Origin: Raja brachyura
Taxonomy: Eukaryota
Direction of reading: 5' to 3'
DNA: 64,000 bases
NCBI GenBank assembly: GCA_963514005.1
Contig: OY740790.1
Span: 5,332,001-5,396,000, forward strand
Below are positions 1 to 11,008 of this stretch, in pieces. Numbering within the stretch: the first letter of the stretch is position 1; the number at the start of each line of letters is the position of its first letter. The translations under genes were made by a program, and so were the position numbers. The notes beneath the pieces are model-generated. The model made no database searches, was not told where the DNA came from, and worked only from the letters and a program-made list of their open reading frames with translations.

Positions 1-1520
1 AATAGTGGATGCATTAGTGATAATTTTTCTAAACTGTTTAGATTCTGGAGTAGTTCCTCAGGATTGGAGGGTAGCTAATGTAACCCCACTTTAAAAAAAT
101 GGAGGGAGAGAGAAAACAGGGAATTACAGACCAGTTAGTCTAACATCGGTCGGGGGGAAAATGCTAGTCAGTTAATAAAGATGGGGTATCAGCACCTTTG
201 GAAAGTGGTGAAATCATTGGACAAAGTCAGCATGGATTTACGAAAGGTAAATCATGTCTGATGAATCTTATAGAATTTTTCGAGGATGTAACTAGTAGAG
301 TAGATAAGGGAGAACCAGTGGATGTGTTATATCTGGACTTTCAGAAGACTTTCGACAAGGTCCCGCATAAGAGATTAGTATACAAACTTAAAGCACATGG
401 TATTAGGGGTTCAGTATTGATGTGGATCGAGAACTGGCTGGCAGACAGGAAGCAAAGGGTAGGAGTAAACGGGTCGTTTTCAGAATGGCAGGCAGTGACT
501 AGTGGTGTACTGCAAGGCTCAGTGCTGGGACCCCAGCTATTTACAATATATATTAATGATTTGGACAAGGGAATTAAATGCAACATCTGCAAGTTGGCGG
601 ATGACACGAAGCTGGGGGGCAGTGTTAGGTGTGAGGAGGATGCTAGGAGGCTGCAAGGTGACTTCGATAGGCTGGGTGAGTGGGCAAATGCATGGCAGAT
701 GCAGTATAATGTGGATAAATGTGAGGTTATCCACTTTGGTGGCAAAAACAGGAGGGTATACTATTATCTGAATGGTGGCCGATTAGGAAAAGGGGAGATG
801 CAACGAGACCTGGGTGTCATGGTACACCAGTCATTGAAAGTAGGCATGCAGGTGCAGCAGGCAGTGAAGAAAGCGAATGGTATGTTAGCATTCATAGCAA
901 AAGGATTTGAATATAGGAGCAGGGAGGTTCTACTGCAGTTGTACAGGGGTTTGGTGAGACCACACCTGGAGTATTGCGTACAGTTTTGGTCTCCAAATCT
1001 GAGGAAAGACATTATTGCCATGGAGGGGGTACAGAGAAATTTCACCAGACTGATTCCTGGGATGTCAGGACTTTCATATGAGGAAAGACTGGATATACTC
1101 GGCTTGTACTCGGTAGAATTTAGACGATTGAGGGGGGATCTTATAGAAACGTACAACATTCTTAGGGGGTTGAACAGGCTAGATGCACGAAGATTGTTCC
1201 TGATGTTGGGGAAGTCCAGAACAAGGGGTCACAGTTTAAGGATAAGGGGGAAGTCTTTTAGGACCGAGATGAGAAAAACATTTTTCACACAGAGAGCGGT
1301 GAGTCTCTGGAATTCTCTGCCAGAAGGTAGTTGAGGCCAGTTCATTGGCTATATTTAAGAGGGAGCTAGATGTGGCCCTTGTGGCTAAAGGGATCAGGGG
1401 GTATGGAGAGAAGGCATGTACAGGATACTGAGTTGAATGATCAGCCATGATTATATTGAATGGCGGTGCACGCTCGAAGGGCCGAATGGCCTACTCCTGC
1501 ACCTATTTTCTATGTTTCTA
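1..1520 (+). mobile_element. CR1-clade LINE, 3' part (RT domain and 3' UTR)
   Basis: ORF 198-1334 has QHGF..GKSC, YLDFQKTFDKVPH, GSVLGP, ADDTKL and RPHLEYCVQFWSP. The tail ends in TTCTATGTTTCTA. Confidence 0.95.
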
Positions 1521-1749
1521 AGTGTTTGAGTAATCCAGCAGACTGAATCAGTCTGAAGAAGAGTTCCCACCTCACCTACCAATATTCTCCAGAGACGCTC
1601 CATGACCAGTTGAGTTACTCCAGCACTTTGTGTCTTTGTGTATTAACCAGCATCTGCATTCTTTGTTTCAACTACATACATGGGTAATACCTTACTCGTT
1701 TAAAGCAGACATTGGGCAATAACGGATACTATCCCCCCCACACCATGGT

Positions 1750-2345
1750 CCGTTAAAACTTGAGTTCAGAAGTTGGATGTTAAACTAGAGAGTTACAAGA
1801 AATCGGTGAGGCTGAATTGGGAATACAATGTTGAGTTTTCATCAAGCTACTCTAGGAAAGATATCATTAGGCTAGAAGAGTGGTGAGAAGATTTACAAGA
1901 ATGTTGCCGGGACTCGCGGGCCTGAGCTGGAGGGAAAAGTAGGGCAGGCTCAGACTTTACTCCTTTATACCTCTAGAAGGCAGAAGAGTGATCCTATAAA
2001 GGTGTATAAAACCATGAGGGGAATAGATAGGGTGAATGCAGTCTTTTACACAGGATAGTGGAATCACGATATAGGTGTAAGATGAGAGGAACAAGATTTA
2101 ACAGGAATGTGTGGGGAACATTCTCATACACAGGGTGGTGGGTATATGGAACAGGCTGCCAGAGGAAACAGTTGAGGCAGGTACAATAACAGCATTTAAA
2201 AGACACATGGTCAGATACATGGATAGGAAAGGATTAGAGGACATGAGGTAAACATGGGTAAGTGGGACTAGCATACATGGGGCATCAGGCTGCCTTGCAC
2301 GAGCTGAGCTGAGGGGCCTGTTTCCGTGCTGTATGACTCTATGTC
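1750..2345 (+). mobile_element. Degenerate CR1 3' fragment (older subfamily)
   Basis: Decayed RT C-terminal sequence and a 3' end GGGCCTGTTTCCGTGCTGTATGACTCTATG. Confidence 0.7.
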
Positions 2346-2701
2346 TCTGAGTTATTAATGGGCTGGGAAATGCTTTGAAATGTCCTGGGGTTGTGGAAAC
2401 CTTCAACAAAATAAAAAACCATCAAATAAAAGTGGAAATAGTGTGGTTGTCATAAACTGTACTGAAAGAGTTTGATGAAAGAGCACTGAAGTGAAAGGGT
2501 GATTCTGCTTCTCACCCCACATATGCTGCCCGAGCTGCCGAGTGTTTCGTGCAGGAGGCTCAATAATGTCAGGCGGCGAGATTTGTAGCTCACAGTGTTT
2601 TCCATCCCGGGATCAGCAGGTGGTGAGTGCAGTTTAATTTGGATCAATGTTCCTAATGTGATCAGGAGGTGGGTCAGAGACTGGAAAACACATCATACTG
2701 G

Positions 2702-5700
2702 CAGCTGGGTGCTGGGGTGAGGAGCTGGTGCAGGAGCTGGGTGCTGGGGGCGGGGAGCTGGGTGCTGGGGGCGGGGAGCTGGGTGCTGGGGGCGGGGAGC
2801 TGGGTGCTGGGGGCGGGGAGCTGGGTGCTGGGGGCGGGGAGCTGGGTGCTGGGGGCGGGGAGCTGGGTGCTGGGGGCGGGGAGCTGGGTGCTGGGGGCGG
2901 GGAGCTGGGTGCTGGGGGCGGGGAGCTGGGTGCTGGGGGCGGGGAGCTGGGTGCTGGGGGCGGGGAGCTGGGTGCTGGGGGCGGGGAGCTGGGTGCTGGG
3001 GGCGGGGAGCTGGGTGCTGGGGGCGGGGAGCTGGGTGCTGGGGGCGGGGAGCTGGGTGCTGGGGGCGGGGAGCTGGGTGCTGGGGGCGGGGAGCTGGGTG
3101 CTGGGGGCGGGGAGCTGGGTGCTGGGGGCGGGGAGCTGGGTGCTGGGGGCGGGGAGCTGGGTGCTGGGGGCGGGGAGCTGGGTGCTGGGGGCGGGGAGCT
3201 GGGTGCTGGGGGCGGGGAGCTGGGTGCTGGGGGCGGGGAGCTGGGTGCTGGGGGCGGGGAGCTGGGTGCTGGGGCGGGGAGCTGGGTGCTGGGGCGGGGA
3301 GCTGGGTGCTGGGGGCGGGGAGCTGGGTGCTGGGGGCGGGGAGCTGGGTGCTGGGGGCGGGGAGCTGGGTGCTGGGGGCGGGGAGCTGGGTGCTGGGGGC
3401 GGGGAGCTGGGTGCTGGGGGCGGGGAGCTGGGTGCTGGGGGCGGGGAGCTGGGTGCTGGGGGCGGGGAGCTGGGTGCTGGGGGCGGGGAGCTGGGTGCTG
3501 GGGGCGGGGAGCTGGGTGCTGGGGGCGGGGAGCTGGGTGCTGGGGGCGGGGAGCTGGGTGCTGGGGGCGGGGAGCTGGGTGCTGGGGGCGGGGAGCTGGG
3601 TGCTGGGGGCGGGGAGCTGGGTGCTGGGGGCGGGGAGCTGGGTGCTGGGGGCGGGGAGCTGGGTGCTGGGGGCGGGGAGCTGGGTGCTGGGGGCGGGGAG
3701 CTGGGTGCTGGGTGCTGGGGGCGGGGAGCTGGGTGCTGGGGGCGGGGAGCTGGGTGCTGGGGGCGGGGAGCTGGGTGCTGGGGGCGGGGAGCTGGGTGCT
3801 GGGGGCGGGGAGCTGGGTGCTGGGGGCGGGGAGCTGGGTGCTGGGGGCGGGGAGCTGGGTGCTGGGGGCGGGGAGCTGGGTGCTGGGGGCGGGGAGCTGG
3901 GTGCTGGGGGCGGGGAGCTGGGTGCTGGGGGCGGGGAGCTGGGTGCTGGGGGCGGGGAGCTGGGTGCTGGGGGCGGGGAGCTGGGTGCTGGGGGCGGGGA
4001 GCTGGGTGCTGGGGGCGGGGAGCTGGGTGCTGGGGGCGGGGAGCTGGGTGCTGGGGGCGGGGAGCTGGGTGCTGGGGGCGGGGAGCTGGGTGCTGGGGGC
4101 GGGGAGCTGGGTGCTGGGGGCGGGGAGCTGGGTGCTGGGGGCGGGGAGCTGGGTGCTGGGGGCGGGGAGCTGGGTGCTGGGGGCGGGGAGCTGGGTGCTG
4201 GGGGCGGGGAGCTGGGTGCTGGGGGCGGGGAGCTGGGTGCTGGGGGCGGGGAGCTGGGTGCTGGGGGCGGGGAGCTGGGTGCTGGGGGCGGGGAGCTGGG
4301 TGCTGGGGGCGGGGAGCTGGGTGCTGGGGGCGGGGAGCTGGGTGCTGGGGGCGGGGAGCTGGGTGCTGGGGGCGGGGAGCTGGGTGCTGGGGGCGGGGAG
4401 CTGGGTGCTGGGGGCGGGGAGCTGGGTGCTGGGGGCGGGGAGCTGGGTGCTGGGGGCGGGGAGCTGGGTGCTGGGGGCGGGGAGCTGGGTGCTGGGGGCG
4501 GGGAGCTGGGTGCTGGGGCGGGGAGCTGGGTGCTGGGGCGGGGAGCTGGGTGCTGGGGCGGGGAGCTGGGTGCTGGGGCGGGGAGCTGGGTGCTGGGGCG
4601 GGGAGCTGGGTGCTGGGGCGGGGAGCTGGGTGCTGGGGCGGGGAGCTGGGTGCTGGGGCGGGGAGCTGGGTGCTGGGGCGGGGAGCTGGGTGCTGGGGCG
4701 GGGAGCTGGGTGCTGGGGCGAGGAGCTGGGTGCTGGGGCGAGGAGCTGGGTGCTGGGGCGAGGAGCTGGGTGCTGGGGCGAGGAGCTGGGTGCTGGGGCG
4801 AGGAGCTGGGTGCTGGGGCGAGGAGCTGGGTGCTGGGGCGAGGAGCTGGGTGCTGGGGCGAGGAGCTGGGTGCTGGGGCGAGGAGCTGGGTGCTGGGGCG
4901 AGGAGCTGGGTGCTGGGGCGAGGAGCTGGGTGCTGGGGCGAGGAGCTGGGTGCTGGGGCGAGGAGCTGGGTGCTGGGGCGAGGAGCTGGGTGCTGGGGCG
5001 AGGAGCTGGGTGCTGGGGCGAGGAGCTGGGTGCTGGGGCGAGGAGCTGGGTGCTGGGGCGAGGAGCTGGGTGCTGGGGCGAGGAGCTGGGTGCTGGGGCG
5101 AGGAGCTGGGTGCTGGGGCGAGGAGCTGGGTGCTGGGGCGAGGAGCTGGGTGCTGGGGCGAGGAGCTGGGTGCTGGGGCGAGGAGCTGGGTGCTGGGGCG
5201 AGGAGCTGGGTGCTGGGGCGAGGAGCTGGGTGCTGGGGCGAGGAGCTGGGTGCTGGGGCGAGGAGCTGGGTGCTGGGGCGAGGAGCTGGGTGCTGGGGCG
5301 AGGAGCTGGGTGCTGGGGCGAGGAGCTGGGTGCTGGGGCGAGGAGCTGGGTGCTGGGGCGAGGAGCTGGGTGCTGGGGCGAGGAGCTGGGTGCTGGGGCG
5401 AGGAGCTGGGTGCTGGGGCGAGGAGCTGGGTGCTGGGGCGAGGAGCTGGGTGCTGGGGCGAGGAGCTGGGTGCTGGGGCGAGGAGCTGGGTGCTGGGGCG
5501 AGGAGCTGGGTGCTGGGGCGAGGAGCTGGGTGCTGGGGCGAGGAGCTGGGTGCTGGGGCGAGGAGCTGGGTGCTGGGGCGAGGAGCTGGGTGCTGGGGCG
5601 AGGAGCTGGGTGCTGGGGCGAGGAGCTGGGTGCTGGGGCGAGGAGCTGGGTGCTGGGGCGAGGAGCTGGGTGCTGGGGCGAGGAGCTGGGTGCTGGGGCG

Positions 5701-7281
5701 AGGAGCTGGGTGCTGGGGCGAGGAGCTGGGTGCTGGGGCGAGGAGCTGGGTGCTGGGGCGAGGAGCTGGGTGCTGGGGCGAGGAGCTGGGTGCTGGGGCG
5801 AGGAGCTGGGTGCTGGGGCGAGGAGCTGGGTGCTGGGGCGAGGAGCTGGGTGCTGGGGCGAGGAGCTGGGTGCTGGGGCGAGGAGCTGGGTGCTGGGGCG
5901 AGGAGCTGGGTGCTGGGGCGAGGAGCTGGGTGCTGGGGCGAGGAGCTGGGTGCTGGGGCGAGGAGCTGGGTGCTGGGGCGAGGAGCTGGGTGCTGGGGCG
6001 AGGAGCTGGGTGCTGGGGCGAGGAGCTGGGTGCTGGGGCGAGGAGCTGGGTGCTGGGGCGAGGAGCTGGGTGCTGGGGCGAGGAGCTGGGTGCTGGGGCG
6101 AGGAGCTGGGTGCTGGGGCGAGGAGCTGGGTGCTGGGGCGAGGAGCTGGGTGCTGGGGCGAGGAGCTGGGTGCTGGGGCGAGGAGCTGGGTGCTGGGGCG
6201 AGGAGCTGGGTGCTGGGGCGAGGAGCTGGGTGCTGGGGCGAGGAGCTGGGTGCTGGGGCGAGGAGCTGGGTGCTGGGGCGAGGAGCTGGGTGCTGGGGCG
6301 AGGAGCTGGGTGCTGGGGCGAGGAGCTGGGTGCTGGGGCGAGGAGCTGGGTGCTGGGGCGAGGAGCTGGGTGCTGGGGCGAGGAGCTGGGTGCTGGGGCG
6401 AGGAGCTGGGTGCTGGGGCGAGGAGCTGGGTGCTGGGGCGAGGAGCTGGGTGCTGGGGCGAGGAGCTGGGTGCTGGGGCGAGGAGCTGGGTGCTGGGGCG
6501 AGGAGCTGGGTGCTGGGGCGAGGAGCTGGGTGCTGGGGCGAGGAGCTGGGTGCTGGGGCGAGGAGCTGGGTGCTGGGGCGAGGAGCTGGGTGCTGGGGCG
6601 AGGAGCTGGGTGCTGGGGCGAGGAGCTGGGTGCTGGGGCGAGGAGCTGGGTGCTGGGGCGAGGAGCTGGGTGCTGGGGCGAGGAGCTGGGTGCTGGGGCG
6701 AGGAGCTGGGTGCTGGGGCGAGGAGCTGGGTGCTGGGGCGAGGAGCTGGGTGCTGGGGCGAGGAGCTGGGTGCTGGGGCGAGGAGCTGGGTGCTGGGGCG
6801 AGGAGCTGGGTGCTGGGGCGAGGAGCTGGGTGCTGGGGCGAGGAGCTGGGTGCTGGGGCGAGGAGCTGGGTGCTGGGGCGAGGAGCTGGGTGCTGGGGCG
6901 AGGAGCTGGGTGCTGGGGCGAGGAGCTGGGTGCTGGGGCGAGGAGCTGGGTGCTGGGGCGAGGAGCTGGGTGCTGGGGCGAGGAGCTGGGTGCTGGGGCG
7001 AGGAGCTGGGTGCTGGGGCGAGGAGCTGGGTGCTGGGGCGAGGAGCTGGGTTCTGGGGCGAGGAGCTGGGTTCTGGGGCGAGGAGCTGGGTTCTGGGGCG
7101 AGGAGCTGGGTTCTGGGGCGAGGAGCTGGGTTCTGGGGCGAGGAGCTGGGTTCTGGGGCGAGGAGCTGGGTTCTGGGGCGAGGAGCTGGGTTCTGGGGCG
7201 AGGAGCTGGGTTCTGGGGCGAGGAGCTGGGTTCTGGGGCGAGGAGCTGGGTGCTGGGGTGAGGAGCTGGGTGCTGGGGTGA
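2702..7281 (+). repeat. G-rich 20/21-bp tandem array (GAGCTGGGTGCTGGGG(G)CG(G/A)G)n, ~4.6 kb, ~220 units
   Basis: Directly visible. Blocks: 21-bp unit ~2733-4500; 20-bp GGGAGCTGGGTGCTGGGGCG 4501-4720; AGGAGCTGGGTGCTGGGGCG 4721-7040; AGGAGCTGGGTTCTGGGGCG 7041-7240; GGGGTGAGGAGCT-type units at both ends. Confidence 0.99.
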
Positions 7282-8154
7282 GGAACGGCAATAAACTGCC
7301 CGTCTGGGTTGCCATCCTGGGGGCATTTAGTGCCAATTGCGTTGCTGTGTCAGGGGTCAGAAATAGGCTCGACTGGGTAAGGACAACAAATCTCCTCCGC
7401 TGAGGGACAGCAGGAAAACTGAAAAGTTATCATTACTGTGGATTAGTGCACAAAATCCAGGTTACTAACAAAAGAAAATCTGACACAGGTCCAATCTGTC
7501 CCAGTTTATGAACAGTTTAAATTCCACAGCTGTTGCGGAATTAAACTGGGGTCTGATTGCAGCCTGATGCCCGTCCATTGGATCACTGGATCTGTGGCGT
7601 CTCGGACAACATTCCCCCCTCACCAGCGGTTTGCCGATTCTGCTGTGTGCAGAGTGGATCCACAGTCCCTCCTTTACAACACGGCTCTATTGTGAACATG
7701 CCTCACTGCCCGTGAAGCGCTCGGGGACACCATGAAAGGTGCTCTGTGAATGACCACTGAGATTCACTGAGACACCAGCAGCCCTGGTTAATGGAGCAAA
7801 GCACTTGTTGGACAAACCCAGTCGGTTTGTCAGTCGTGCAGCAAAACCCACGTCAAAAACAGCAAGCAACTCGACTCAGAATCTAAACTACGCGCATCAG
7901 TGAATTCACAATGAAGAATAAAAGGAATCGACTTACTAAGGATCTCTAAATGTTGAAATTCAATACAAGACGCAAAGAAAACCTGGTGGACTAAAACCCA
8001 CATCTAGAACCATGTACAACATTCTCTCATTATGTTCAAATCATTCGTTATTGTGAACCTTTGTTTTTGAACCAAACAGCATCAATTTGTTTTACAATCT
8101 AGAGAATGTTCTGTGTTCTGAAGCATTTACACAAGGAGTGTTTGACAGAGCAAT

Positions 8155-8420
8155 GCAGAGGGAGCTTGACTCTGTGTCAAACACTCTGTCCCTGCACTGG
8201 GAGTATGTAACAGTGTAGAGGGAACTTCACTCGGTGTCTAACCCGTACCCTGGGTGTGTGTGGGGACAGTGTAGAGGGAACTTCACTCAGTGACTAACCC
8301 GTACCCTGGGTGTGTGTGGGGACAGTGTAGAGGGAACTTCACTCAGTGACTAACCCGTACCCTGGGTGTGTGTGGGGACAGGTTGGAGGGAGCCTCACTC
8401 CTTGTCTAACCTGTGCTGTC
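8155..8420 (+). repeat. ~57-bp tandem repeat (CAGTGTAGAGGGAACTTCACTCAGTGACTAACCCGTACCCTGGGTGTGTGTGGGGA), 3-5 copies
   Basis: Near-identical copies start at ~8211, 8267 and 8323, with degenerate flanking copies. Confidence 0.85.
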
Positions 8421-8639
8421 CCTTCCCTGGGAGCGTTGGGACAGGACAGATGGAACTTTGTGTCTAATCTGTAGCTGACAGCACAGTGACACAGGGAGAT
8501 TTATTCAGCATTTGACTCGTGCTCTGTCTGCCCTGGGTGTGTTTGATGGGATCGCTTTGCGGGAGGAGGTACTGGAGTCATAACGTCATAGATTAATAGT
8601 GTGGAAACGGGCAGATTAATCTCCAAAAGACTGGAGTGT

Positions 8640-9895
8640 GGCTGATACTGACACGTAATTGAAGGACATTAGGGCCAAGCCAGGGATCTACACCAGTGAG
8701 CCTGACGTCATTGCTGGGAATGTCCTTAGGGACAGGTACTACCAGTATTTGGATAGGCACGGACTGATTAGGGATAGTCCTAAGTTTACAAGATCTAGAT
8801 CACTTGGGAGGGTGGGCCAAGGATTAGGGACAGCATGGCTTGTGTTGGGGAAATTGTGCGTCATGAACCTGAAAGGGTTCAACAAGGTCTGGCATGGTGG
8901 GCTGGCGTGGAAGGTTAGATCACATGATACCCAACACGAGTTAAATTAGCTTGGAGGATGTGGACTGCTGCAGGGGTCAGTGCTGAGACCACTGCTGTTG
9001 GTTATCTACATTAACAGTTTGCCATACAATATAGTGGACATTGATAGTAAGTTTGCAGATGACACCAAAATCAGTGCATGAGCGGACAGTGAGAAGGATA
9101 AGTTTACAAGAAGATCTAGATCAGTTGGGAAGGGGAGCCAAGGAATGCCAAATGTAATTTAACTCTGACAAGTGAGTGGGTATTGAACTTTGGTAGATCA
9201 AGCCAGGACTGGACTTCCACAGTAAATGGTAGAGCCTGGAGAGTGTTGTAGAACGGACAGATGTGGAAATCCAGGGGCATGGTTCGCTGAGAGTGGCGAG
9301 TTAGGTGGACAGGGAGCTGGGGTGGCTTTTGGCAGACTGCCTTAAATGGGAAGGGTACCGAGTATAAAAGTTGGGACATGATGATGCAGCTGTACAAGTC
9401 ATTGGTGAGACCACGCTTGGAGTAAGTACTGTGCAGTTCTGGTCACCCAGCTACAGGATGGCATTATATTGGAAAGGATTTAGAAAAGATTCACCAAGAT
9501 ATTGACTGGACATGTGGGGTTCTGTTTTAGGGAGAGGGAGGATAAGGTGTTTTTTTTCATCTTTGGAGCAAAGGACTAGGCGGCAACCTTATTGATGTGA
9601 ACAAGATCATGAGGGCATGGATAAGGTCATGCTCACAGGCTTTTTCCCAGGATAGAGGTTTCTAAAACAAGAGGGCACAGGCGTAAGGTGAGTGGGGAGA
9701 GATTTAAAAGGGGACTTCAGGGGCATTTTTATTCACATTGGGTCGCCAGTATCTGGAATCAGTTGCCAGAGGAAACTATAAAAGCAGATAGAATTACGAT
9801 TGTCAAAAAAATCCGTTATATGGATGAGAAGGATATGTGGCCAATGGGACGAGCCCAGAAAGCCAGCCTGGTCGGCATGCACAAGATGGACTGAA
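8640..9895 (+). mobile_element. Degenerate CR1 LINE fragment
   Basis: Remnants encoding GSVL.PLL, KFADDTKI and LVRP.LEY CVQFWSP, with many frameshifts. Confidence 0.8.
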
Positions 9896-10125
9896 GGCAG
9901 ATGATGGCGAGACTCGGGGAAAGAACAGCCTGTGGGGCAGTTCAACGCTGTGGGGAATGTACTGTTGCTGGGTAGATTCTAACTCTGGAGAAGCCCGCCT
10001 GTCTCCGGGAAATACGTGCAATTGTTCCAAATATCTCACCGAGTTCAGGTCAATGACAGAATTCGCAAATACCATAAATTAATAAAACACATCTGGGTAA
10101 AATGGAATTGAGGAATTGGTCTTAC

Positions 10126-10173
10126 CTGAAGTCACTGTCAGTGAGGTTCCTGCACCCCAGTATTCAAGATAGT
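10126..10173 (-). CDS. IGHJ: JH segment (YLEYWGAGTSLTVTS)
   Basis: WGxG motif and TVTS end, followed by a phase-1 splice donor TTCAG|GTAAG at 10125. Confidence 0.95.
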
Positions 10174-10212
10174 CACACTGCTCCATCTCCCCAGTCAGTC
10201 AGTACAATAACT
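10174..10212 (+). other. JH 5' recombination signal sequence (23-RSS)
   Basis: CACACTG 10174-10180, 23-bp spacer 10181-10203, ACAATAACT 10204-10212. Confidence 0.9.
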
Positions 10213-10538
10213 CCACTCGCCCTCCACATCCAATAATCTCAGCAAAGTGTCAACGCGAACTCTGGCCGGACCAGGAGCAGCCGCTTCCTGCATTTCCATC
10301 CCAATCTCTATCCTTGTTCAACGTCTGGTGTGAATAAAAGAGGCATTTTTGCCGCCTGCTGCCACCGGCTCTGGCCGCCCCTCACAAACATAATCGCCTC
10401 CTTTCGGGCTTTTAACCGGCCAGAAATGGACATTTCTTCCCTGCAGTGCGAGCCAGGCTTCAGGGATTTGACTCTGGCAAGCAGCAATGCACAATGGGTG
10501 GAGACAGACTGCGCTGCGGACGCTCATTTGTCGGGGGC

Positions 10539-10603
10539 AGTTTTTGTTCAGCTCTCCGCCGCCGTGGGCCAGTATCACGGTGATTCACCGCCGCTCACAA
10601 ACT
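10539..10603 (-). other. DH2 segment (core 10567-10575, ATACTGGCC) with 12-RSS on both sides
   Basis: 5' RSS, read on plus: CACGGTG 10576-10582, 12-bp spacer, TCACAAACT 10595-10603. 3' RSS, read on minus: CACGGCG 10566-10560, 12-bp spacer, ACAAAAACT 10547-10539. A 12/12 D2 is the standard chondrichthyan cluster layout. Confidence 0.85.
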
Positions 10604-10929
10604 GCGCTACCACATCCAGCCCGATATCCACCGTGGCCAGAGTGGGCAGCGGCTTAATTAAAGCCCCATCCATCTGTGTCCGTGTGTCCCACACAGCAGC
10701 GTCCAGTCTCGGCCATTGCAGCCCTGTAGTGGACAGGAGATAACCCACCGCGACTGTCACCGTGCCTCGACCCACAGCGGCTCCTCGCTGCTTGTGTTCC
10801 CACATCTCCAGTGGAACTTGTTCCCTGTGCCAGATGATGCACTCGGGATCTGGTTTATATCCACGGGTCCCGGGGAAAGGCGGCGGCCGCAGCGCCCAGA
10901 GACGCGATTTAAAGCGTTTGGTTGCGGCA

Positions 10930-11008
10930 GGTTTTTGTATGGAGGAAGTCCCATCTCTCACACTGTGCCACCCATGTAGTCACTGTGATTCACCGCCGTA
11001 CAATAACC
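10930..11008 (-). other. DH1 segment (core 10968-10980, ACTACATGGGTGG) with 5' 12-RSS and 3' 22-RSS
   Basis: V-facing RSS, read on plus: CACTGTG 10981-10987, 12-bp spacer, ACAATAACC 11000-11008. J-facing RSS, read on minus: CACAGTG 10967-10961, 22-bp spacer, perfect ACAAAAACC 10938-10930. The core is open in all three frames (TTWV/LHGW/YMG). Confidence 0.93.

Noticed and set aside
2591-2630. CACAGTG heptamer as an RSS for a further segment
   Set aside because: No nonamer at 12 or 23 bp and no J- or D-like coding flank.
2702-7281. CRISPR array or telomeric repeat interpretation
   Set aside because: There are no unique spacers, the context is vertebrate, and the unit is not TTAGGG.
2669-7403. 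Five ORFs of 1365-1550 aa (Gly/Trp-rich or Pro-rich)
   Set aside because: Artefacts of a stop-free 20/21-bp tandem repeat: open in nearly all frames on both strands, with no credible start or domain.
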